Assembly (NCBI GenBank): GCA_026393895.1
Contig: JAPKZG010000013.1
Location: forward strand, 14,556-78,555
Origin: Candidatus Aminicenantes bacterium
GTDB taxonomy: Bacteria > Acidobacteriota > Aminicenantia > Aminicenantales > UBA4085
Length of the DNA stretch: 64,000 nt
Reading direction: 5' to 3'
The notes under the pieces are model-generated. The model was not told the DNA's origin. It saw only the letters and a program-made list of their open reading frames with translations, and made no database searches. A program made the position numbers and the translations under genes. Each line of letters starts with the position of its first letter. Positions within the stretch are counted from its first letter, which is position 1. Shown here piece after piece: positions 8,975-16,500 of the stretch.

Positions 8975-11443
8975 TTAAAAGGGTAAAATTTCTTTCCACG
9001 TCGGCATAGGATAATTGGCGTTTAATGATTTGGTTTTAGAACAAGCAAATCCATCACTATCACTAACCTGCAATGTAACATTGTGTTTTCCTGGGGTCAT
9101 AAATCTGCTGGTCGGATTTTCAAGCGTCGAAGAGCCTGGCGTTCCGCCCGTAAATATCCAATTATAACTGTCGCCGGTTGCTGTTGAACAACCACTGCCA
9201 ACAGGATTATCATCAAAACATTTTGAAGCATCGGTAAATTGCACCGTTTCATCAACATTTGGTCTTGCGGGTACGTTTGTAAAATCGGGCATTGGATAAT
9301 GATGAGCAGGAGTGATAAATGAAGAACCATTTACCCAATTAGAGGTCGCGCCGTATTCATCTATTACTCTTGCTCTCCAATAATATTTTGTGTTAAACGA
9401 TAAGTAGCCATCGGTTATAATTGTGGCCAAGGTTACCGTTTGATTATTAGAGCTCGGACTTGGATAATCTACGCTGATTGACCTGTCAATCACTGGCGAT
9501 GAAAAATTGCTATTATTGTCTATTTGAAACAAAAATTGCGATTCATTATCATCATCAGAATCCGAATATGTCCAAGAAAAACTGTAATATGGAGCAGTAA
9601 TACATTGGCTGGATGAAGTAACGCTTAAACCGCTGGCAACAGGAGGATCATTTGTAACCGTAACCGTTTTTTGGCACTGGGTTGGTACTGCGTTGCTTCT
9701 TTCTACAATAACTTTGGCCGTATAATTTCCAGAATTGGCATACACAGAATTACAAGTAGTTGCTGGCGCCGAATAAGGTTCCGTGGTTATACCGTCTTTT
9801 TTATAATTCCAGGGAGGATTAGGAGGAACAGGATTAATAGCAGTACTAGTATCATTACGATTACAATAAAAAGTATAATTAATTGTTCCCGTGGCTGTGC
9901 CGGAAACATCAGCTTTTAATATCACACCACTTAATGGGTGTGAGCCCGAATATGGAGTAGCTGAAAGTGTACAAGAAAGAGTAGGAGCGTAAAGTGTAAC
10001 CGTGTTTGTACAAGTAACTGGATCACTACTCCCCCTGGTTACTTCTGCCTGAACCATATGCGTTCCCACTTCATAATAATTGCATAAATCGGATTTAGTA
10101 TAAGAAGTGGCAGAAGTGGACGGCGACGTAAAATCATAGGGCATAAGACCAGTACAATCCATTTTATAAACAATATTACCCGTGCCTCCAGTTACATTAA
10201 CTGTTAAATCAACATCGCTTAATGCTTCCTTGCCTGAATCTGGATTGGCTGTAATTGTGCAAGAAACCGGAACAGTAATATTTAAAGCATAAACAACGGT
10301 ATCGCTTGCACTAGCGCTAGTTCCTTTTACAGTAATGTTATATGTACCAGGCGAAGCAGAATTGGTAGTGGTAAGGGTAAGTATAGAAGTGCAAGTGGAA
10401 TTTGGAGTGCAACTCGTTGGAGAAAAACTTTTCGTTACTCCCGTTGGAAGGGTGCTGGAAATAGAAAATGATACTGCTTCGGCAGTTCCAGAAGTTTTCG
10501 TTGCTGTTATAGTAGAGGTAGTAGAGTGACCCTTTACCACCGAACCCGAAGATGGATTTGCTGTAAGATTAAAATTAAAAGCAACAGGAACAACAACGGT
10601 CAAATTATATGTAGTGCTGTGAAATGTAGCTCCGCTCGTGCCAGTAACGGTAATAGCATCACTTGTAATTGCCGGAGCAGTAGAATTGGCAGAAAGCGTA
10701 AGAGTAGAAGTGCAGGAAGAAGTACCAGGATTGCAACTAGATGGATTAAAAGAAGCAGTTACTCCTGTTGGTAAACTAGTAGCAGTAAGATTTACTGTTG
10801 CTCCAGTTCCAGCAGTTTTGGTAACGGTTACAGCAGTGGTAACAGAATTACCCCTTGTTACTGAACCAGAAGTTGGATTTGTCGTAATATTAAAATTAAA
10901 AGCAGGAACAGTACTAACCGTGACTGTAGCCGAACAAGTTGCTGATTCTGTGCTATCACAAACATTTTTACAAGTAAGATTATATGTGGTGGTGGATGTG
11001 GGATAAACTGTTTCATTCCCTGTTTTTGTTTTAGTCCCTGACCAGCCACCAGAAGCTGTACAACTGGAACCAATGGAATCGATGTTTGCTGACCAGGTTA
11101 AAACAGATGAATCGCCCAGACTAATAGATGAGGGTGAAGCAGTAATGGAGCAAATAGGGGGAATTGCCGCATAAAAACATTTTTGCACACGAAATCCTGG
11201 TCCGTGGCAATAGGCACATTCATAGTTATCTAAAGGTGGACACTCTTGGCTTGTATCCTTACACTGTACAATACATCCAGCACGAGTATCAGGACAATTA
11301 ACAGTTTTTGGAAGACAACCGGATTTACAACAACCATCGGAACCAAGACACCCTAAATCGGCTCCTCCATATGCGCGAACCAAAATTGGTGTAATTAAAA
11401 TAATAAATAAAAATATTGTAAAAATTAAATATTTGTATTTCAT
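8975..11443 (-). CDS. secreted Cys-rich, Thr/Ser-rich cell-surface protein with tandem Ig-like repeats, FN3-like and C-terminal PKD domain
   Basis: Signal peptide 'MKYKYLIFTIFLFIILITPILVRA'; Cys-rich N-term; ~100-aa internal repeats ('AFNFN.T.NP.SGSV...TLPTGVT.SF.P.SC'); PKD-like 'KHNVTLQVSDSDG' at C-term; 822 aa. Confidence 0.7.
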   Translation of the reverse strand: MKYKYLIFTIFLFIILITPILVRAYGGADLGCLGSDGCCKSGCLPKTVNCPDTRAGCIVQCKDTSQECPPLDNYECAYCHGPGFRVQKCFYAAIPPICSITASPSSISLGDSSVLTWSANIDSIGSSCTASGGWSGTKTKTGNETVYPTSTTTYNLTCKNVCDSTESATCSATVTVSTVPAFNFNITTNPTSGSVTRGNSVTTAVTVTKTAGTGATVNLTATSLPTGVTASFNPSSCNPGTSSCTSTLTLSANSTAPAITSDAITVTGTSGATFHSTTYNLTVVVPVAFNFNLTANPSSGSVVKGHSTTSTITATKTSGTAEAVSFSISSTLPTGVTKSFSPTSCTPNSTCTSILTLTTTNSASPGTYNITVKGTSASASDTVVYALNITVPVSCTITANPDSGKEALSDVDLTVNVTGGTGNIVYKMDCTGLMPYDFTSPSTSATSYTKSDLCNYYEVGTHMVQAEVTRGSSDPVTCTNTVTLYAPTLSCTLSATPYSGSHPLSGVILKADVSGTATGTINYTFYCNRNDTSTAINPVPPNPPWNYKKDGITTEPYSAPATTCNSVYANSGNYTAKVIVERSNAVPTQCQKTVTVTNDPPVASGLSVTSSSQCITAPYYSFSWTYSDSDDDNESQFLFQIDNNSNFSSPVIDRSISVDYPSPSSNNQTVTLATIITDGYLSFNTKYYWRARVIDEYGATSNWVNGSSFITPAHHYPMPDFTNVPARPNVDETVQFTDASKCFDDNPVGSGCSTATGDSYNWIFTGGTPGSSTLENPTSRFMTPGKHNVTLQVSDSDGFACSKTKSLNANYPMPTWKEILPF

Positions 11444-11487
11444 TTATTTAAAATTATTTAAAATATATTAATTATGTATTAATTATA

Positions 11488-11531
11488 TCATAAAAATAAA
11501 AAGAGGGCGATAGTTATCATCTACCGCCCTT
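11488..11531 (-). terminator. rho-independent terminator of lipoprotein gene
   Basis: AGGGCG...CGCCCT stem followed by T-run on minus strand. Confidence 0.5.
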
Positions 11532-11999
11532 TTAATCCTTTCTGAGTTCGTCTTCTCCTACAACGAACTTAGCCATTTTGCCAGACATCCAGGTGTTGTC
11601 AGAAGCGTCTAATTCAATTTCGGGGTAACCTTCATAGCAGGCAAAAACCAGTTCTGCAATTGTATTTTCGGAATCAACCTTGAAATCCCTGACACAAAAG
11701 AAATATGTGCTATTGTCGCAATACATACTTCTTTGAGAGATCCATTCTTCGCTTCCAATCTGAACAAATTGAGAAGTTTGTTCGATCCCTTTTGATTCGC
11801 TTAATAGCGTCCCGCCCCTACTGGTCATATCCGGGCAGGTCGAACATGTTATCGTAAAAATTCTTACGTAACGAAATTTTACGATTCTGGTGGGATAAAT
11901 GTCGGGCCCTTCCGTCAGATTACAACCGATACTGAAAATCATCCATCCTAGCGTCACACCCATCAACATCATTGAAAAAATCTTTTTCACCTGAATCAC
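11532..11999 (-). CDS. putative lipoprotein (signal peptide + lipobox 'FSIGC')
   Basis: N-terminal hydrophobic segment ending in Cys; 155 aa, Cys-rich. Confidence 0.45.
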   Translation of the reverse strand: MIQVKKIFSMMLMGVTLGWMIFSIGCNLTEGPDIYPTRIVKFRYVRIFTITCSTCPDMTSRGGTLLSESKGIEQTSQFVQIGSEEWISQRSMYCDNSTYFFCVRDFKVDSENTIAELVFACYEGYPEIELDASDNTWMSGKMAKFVVGEDELRKD

Positions 12000-12210
12000 C
12001 TCCTTTCTTTTTTTATTTTATTGTCCTGCTAATTCTGGTCGCAATAGCAAGACAGATTTTTGACCGCGCTTGCGGATCAATATGTAAAGTACATCATCAA
12101 TGAAATACACCGCTTCTCTGCATCCCTAATGATATTAGTATAGCACCTAATTTTATTCTAGTCAAGGAGTTAGAGCGTTTTTTCAATTTCAAATTGATTT
12201 ATTTTAGAGA

Positions 12211-12245
12211 AAAAGGAAGCAGATTTCTGCTTCCTTGTTTTGTTT
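12211..12245. terminator. bidirectional rho-independent terminator (GGAAGCAGA-TTT-TCTGCTTCC + T-runs)
   Basis: Perfect 9-bp stem read in sequence, 15-45 nt downstream of stop of 12256..13044 gene. Confidence 0.6.
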
Positions 12246-12255
12246 AAAAAAAGAG

Positions 12256-13044
12256 CTAATTCCCTTTCCACGTTTTGCAGTTCTCTCGGTACTCACAGTC
12301 CTTACACATGAAACTGGTTCTCGGGAAAAAGACGCGCTGCTGGATTCCTTTGAGAATCTGTCCGGCCAGGAGGTAGAGCCGTTGGTAGTCGTCTTTGTCT
12401 CGCATTGTATCCATCGTGATCAGCTTAGGCTTCTTGGATTTGACGAAATTAACGATCTTTAAAGACTTAGCCGGCTTGTGGCTGATCCTTTCGAAAGCAT
12501 AGCTGTAGATTGTCAGTTGGAGATGGTTTTCGACTTCCTGAGGGTCCATGGTCTGGGCCGAGGTCTTGAATTCCGTGATCGAGTCATCCTCCTCGATTAG
12601 ATCAATCACCCCTTCCAGCTCGATGGCGGCGCTATGGCCGTTCTCGGAATTGAAGAGCGGGACAGAAAACGGAATTTCCGTACCCTTGACTTTCTTTTTC
12701 GGAAGCTCGAAATACTGAGCCAGCATCTCCTTTCCCAGGACGACAAGCTTCATCTCTTCTTCCCCGGCTTTGAAGCGAATCTCATTTTCCGTTTTCAGAC
12801 TGTACCAGTCCGCATCGAAAATCTTATGCAGGCGGTCGATCGTCACTCCGTTTCCGTTCATCATCTGCTTGTGATACCAGGAGAGAGCAGAATGGATCGC
12901 GCTGCCAAAAGCCAGTCCTGAAGATTTGAAGCGTTTCGGGATCTCATCAATGTACTGGAACTTGTACTTCAGACCGCAAAGCAGATAAAGATTGATTTGA
13001 GAGCTAGAAAGGTATGGCGTCATGGCTTTCGCCTTTGGCTTCAT
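12256..13044 (-). CDS. PD-(D/E)xK nuclease, Cas4/RecB-like with C-terminal Cys cluster
   Basis: 'IDLIEEDDSITEFKTSAQ' (D...ExK), N-terminal Cys and C-terminal 'CKDCEYRENC' (Cas4-like Fe-S ligands); 262 aa (start may be Met8 at ~13023). Confidence 0.6.
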   Translation of the reverse strand: MKPKAKAMTPYLSSSQINLYLLCGLKYKFQYIDEIPKRFKSSGLAFGSAIHSALSWYHKQMMNGNGVTIDRLHKIFDADWYSLKTENEIRFKAGEEEMKLVVLGKEMLAQYFELPKKKVKGTEIPFSVPLFNSENGHSAAIELEGVIDLIEEDDSITEFKTSAQTMDPQEVENHLQLTIYSYAFERISHKPAKSLKIVNFVKSKKPKLITMDTMRDKDDYQRLYLLAGQILKGIQQRVFFPRTSFMCKDCEYRENCKTWKGN

Positions 13045-13378
13045 CGAGAAGCCGTTCGATCATCCGCGAAGCTTCAAGCTTCGTGACCTCTTTCAGAGAA
13101 TCGACCTGGAAAAGCTCTTTGAGTTTGGCGTATCCTTGGTCGTTCTCGTAGCCTTTCTCAGCCATAATCCTGAAGAGATACCGCTTCTGGGCGTCAGTCA
13201 TCGGAGGATTCTCTTTTGACGGGCTGCTGTTTTGGGGCTTGGCCTGGCCAGCGTCCGGCTTCGGGCTTTCTTTTGCCTTCGGTTGATCCTCTAAGGCTAT
13301 CTCTTCGTAGAGATAGAGAACGAGGATAACCTTTCCGTCCACAGTTCTGACTTCCATCCGTCGTGCCTTGTCTTTCAT
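13004..13378 (-). CDS. hypothetical protein
   Basis: 124-aa ORF co-oriented with nuclease gene; no motif recognised. Confidence 0.35.
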   Translation of the reverse strand: MKDKARRMEVRTVDGKVILVLYLYEEIALEDQPKAKESPKPDAGQAKPQNSSPSKENPPMTDAQKRYLFRIMAEKGYENDQGYAKLKELFQVDSLKEVTKLEASRMIERLLDEAKGESHDAIPF

Positions 13379-13516
13379 TTTTTTTCTCCTTTGAATTTTA
13401 AAGATCTACTTTCAGCTTAGCGCACTGATAGAGACAAACAAGACGGGAGAAAATGCTGAAATAGCGAATTATTCCCGTCTTTTATTGGATTTATTGGGGA
13501 CTTATGATGAAGATAT

Positions 13517-14836
13517 ATGGAGAATTCTCAGAAAATTAATCGCATCACTCCGTTTGCCTTAACCGATTACCGCGACATCAGAAAGCTATTCGGCATTAAA
13601 CAAAAGAACCGGCGCGGCCATATGTACATCATCGGTAAGACCGGTACCGGAAAATCTACCTTAATCGAGAATATGGCGATCTCGGATATCAAGAACGGCT
13701 ATGGCGTTGCATTGATCGACCCTCACGGCGACATGGCCGAAGAAATTCTGGATTACATACCCAAGAAAAGAATCAAAGATATCATCTATTTCAATCCCGC
13801 AGATTTGGATAATCCCATAGCGTTCAACCCATTAGAAAAAGTACCAAGAGATTTTCATCATCTAATCGCTTCGGGAATTATCTCGACTTTCAAAAAGATT
13901 TGGTCAGAATCCTGGGGGCCGAGATTGGAGCATATTCTAAGTCACTCGCTTCTTTCGCTTCTCGAATATCCGAATAGCACACTTCTGGATTTGCCAAAAC
14001 TACTTACGAATAACGATTTCCGAAAGAACGTTCTAACTTACATCACTCATCCCCAGGTCAGGGAATTTTGGCTCTCGGAATTCGAGAAATATTCAGCTTG
14101 GCTCAAGTCAGAAGCGATTTCTCCGATTCTCAATAAGATCGGCCAATTCTTAATCAGTATTCCGCTAAGAAATATTGTCGGCCAGAAAGAAAATACTTTT
14201 AATGTTCGGCAGGCAATGGATGAAGGCAAGATCCTCATTGTTAACTTGGCTAAAGGAAAGATCGGAGAAGACAACTGCTCTCTGCTGGGCGCGTTGATTG
14301 TTACTAAGATTCAACTAGCCGCCCTGAGCCGTACGGATCAGCCTGAAGAGCAAAGAAAGCCGTTCTATTTCTATGTGGATGAAATTCACAACTTCATCAC
14401 CTTATCCTTCGCTGACATCTTGTCCGAATCTCGCAAGTACGGATTAAACCTTATTCTCGCCCATCAATATATCGAACAATTGGATGAAAGAATCCGGGCC
14501 GCAATTTTCGGGAATGTCGGGACAATCATTTCCTTCAGGATCGGCGCTGAAGACGCGAAGTATTTAGCCCAGGAATTTTCGCCGGTATTCAATGAAGAAG
14601 ATTTAATCAAGCTCCCGAATTTCCATATCTACCTCAAACTCATGATCGACGGAGTCACCTCGCAGCCTTTCAGCGCAATCACACTTAAACTAAGGGAAAT
14701 GAACACATCGCACAAAAAAGAAATTATCGAGTTTTCAAGGAAGCAATATACAAGGCCGAAAAGTGTTGTAGAACAACAAATGCTTTCTCAGCCATATCAT
14801 CTTCATAATTCAAATGGTCAACAATTATCTTTCTAA
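13517..14836 (+). CDS. VirD4/TraG/TraD-like P-loop NTPase (type IV secretion coupling-protein family)
   Basis: Walker A 'GKTGTGKS', Walker B 'FYVDEIHNF', 'AHQYIEQLD'; paralog of 1..2148 product; 439 aa. Confidence 0.7.
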   Translation: MENSQKINRITPFALTDYRDIRKLFGIKQKNRRGHMYIIGKTGTGKSTLIENMAISDIKNGYGVALIDPHGDMAEEILDYIPKKRIKDIIYFNPADLDNPIAFNPLEKVPRDFHHLIASGIISTFKKIWSESWGPRLEHILSHSLLSLLEYPNSTLLDLPKLLTNNDFRKNVLTYITHPQVREFWLSEFEKYSAWLKSEAISPILNKIGQFLISIPLRNIVGQKENTFNVRQAMDEGKILIVNLAKGKIGEDNCSLLGALIVTKIQLAALSRTDQPEEQRKPFYFYVDEIHNFITLSFADILSESRKYGLNLILAHQYIEQLDERIRAAIFGNVGTIISFRIGAEDAKYLAQEFSPVFNEEDLIKLPNFHIYLKLMIDGVTSQPFSAITLKLREMNTSHKKEIIEFSRKQYTRPKSVVEQQMLSQPYHLHNSNGQQLSF

Positions 14837-15323
14837 AAATAGATCATTTCTTCTGCCCAATGAACAAATTGTCTTCCAAGCCAATCCGCATTGGCTGTTC
14901 CTTCTCGTCTCCATTGGCCAGATATTTCTGTTTTTCTTTTTATACTATTTTTTCGCCTGCCCGTTTTTGGAATTTATAGTAGGTTCTCTCGAGCACTACT
15001 GCTATATCGCTGCTTTGTTTGTTCTTATTTTTATCAGTCTCATCTTTTATCTGGATTGGAAATTTAATCGACTTTATTTAACGAATTTCCGGCTCATAAA
15101 AGAACGTGGCATTATCGGAAAGCGATATATGTCTGTTCGATTACCGAATATTGAAGATATGACCTGTACCTTCGGAATTTTGGGAAGAATCCTGGGCTAT
15201 GGCGATTTAGCAATTGAATCAGCCGGAACCTATGGACAGATGAATTTTAAAGGAATTCCAAAACCGAGAAAAATAAAAACGCTCATTGAAAAATGGCGAT
15301 ATTATTCAGGCGTTGGGCACTAA
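14814..15323 (+). CDS. bacterial PH-domain membrane protein (bPH_2/YdbT/DUF304-like)
   Basis: Two TM helices then 'LYLTNFRLIKERGIIGKRYMSVRLPNIEDM...ILGRILGYGDLAIESAG' matching bPH_2 consensus. Confidence 0.7.
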   Translation: MVNNYLSKNRSFLLPNEQIVFQANPHWLFLLVSIGQIFLFFFLYYFFACPFLEFIVGSLEHYCYIAALFVLIFISLIFYLDWKFNRLYLTNFRLIKERGIIGKRYMSVRLPNIEDMTCTFGILGRILGYGDLAIESAGTYGQMNFKGIPKPRKIKTLIEKWRYYSGVGH

Positions 15324-15377
15324 AGCACCTTAACACTCTTTTATTTATATATATCCTCTCTGCCCCGCTCTTTCTCT

Positions 15378-16394
15378 ATGTTCTTTAACAATCTACCAAT
15401 GGAGGTCCTCATGAAATTAGAAAGTCTGATTCAGGAACTGGAAACCCAGAAGCCCTTGAAATGGGACAAAAAACTGAATTCTTCGCAGATCAAGATGGTT
15501 CTGGACGAAAACAGGCCGAGATTCCAAATTAAGGCCGACAAGCTCTTTCCGATCAATGAATCCTGCCACAACCAGATCGCGGACAAGCTTGAAATCCCCT
15601 TGAAGTACTATCACCGGATGGAGGAAGAAACGCCGGACCTTCTGGCCCGGAACGTGAATACCTGGCTCGAAAGAAGCAAAAAAGATTTCTTCATCCGTGG
15701 CCTGGGAGATTCCATCCGCGCTTTTCTCAGCGATCGCTACCGGGTTATCGACCACTTGGACGTTCTGCTCTGCGCTTTGAATGAACTGCAAGCCCATTCA
15801 GCAGAAATCGAAGACTGCTTCCTTTCCGGGATCGAGATGAATATCAAGGTCAAAAGCCAGAGCCTGAGGGACTTCGTCCGTCACAAGGACGATTTGATCA
15901 CCGGCGGCCTGTTTCTTACCAATTCCGAGACCGGTCATAAAGCCCTTAGGGTTGAACCCCGGCTTTTCCGGGTCAAATGCTCCAACGGCCTGATCGTCGA
16001 GGAACTGGTAACGCGGGAGATCCATATCGGAAACGGTGACGAGCTGGCCGATGAGATGGTTTATCTCTCGCTCCGGCGTTCGATTCGGGAGCTTTTCAAA
16101 GGATTCGGAGGGATCGTTGAGGTTCTACGGGAATCCACAGAAATCAAGGTCAGAAATCCACAGAAAGTCATCAGCAACGTGGCCGATCACTACAAGCTCA
16201 GCGAAATCCAGAAGAACAACATCCTTATGGCCTTCGGAGCGGAGCCGGAATTCGACAAGTACGGGATCGCCAATGCTCTGACGTTCGCGGCCCAGAAAGA
16301 AGAATCCTGGGAAAAGTCCGTGGAAATGGAGCGGATCGGGGGGCGTCTCATCACCCTGCCGGTCGAGGAATTCAAGGCCCTGGATGAGCCGTAG
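15378..16394 (+). CDS. conserved hypothetical protein of plasmid/phage type (DUF932-like assignment tentative)
   Basis: 338-aa ORF in operon with ATPase and bPH_2 genes; family assignment from memory only. Confidence 0.4.
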   Translation: MFFNNLPMEVLMKLESLIQELETQKPLKWDKKLNSSQIKMVLDENRPRFQIKADKLFPINESCHNQIADKLEIPLKYYHRMEEETPDLLARNVNTWLERSKKDFFIRGLGDSIRAFLSDRYRVIDHLDVLLCALNELQAHSAEIEDCFLSGIEMNIKVKSQSLRDFVRHKDDLITGGLFLTNSETGHKALRVEPRLFRVKCSNGLIVEELVTREIHIGNGDELADEMVYLSLRRSIRELFKGFGGIVEVLRESTEIKVRNPQKVISNVADHYKLSEIQKNNILMAFGAEPEFDKYGIANALTFAAQKEESWEKSVEMERIGGRLITLPVEEFKALDEP

Positions 16395-16446
16395 ATTTGT
16401 TCTTTAAATCCTTATAAGCCCGTGTTTTTAATAAATGGCAGAGCGG

Positions 16447-16480
16447 AAAAGGAGATGCACTAGCATCTCCTTTTTTTTTC
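16447..16480. terminator. bidirectional rho-independent terminator (GGAGATGC-ACTA-GCATCTCC + T9)
   Basis: Perfect 8-bp stem and T-run read in sequence between convergent genes. Confidence 0.7.
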
Positions 16481-16500
16481 CTAGGAAGTGAATAGCATAT

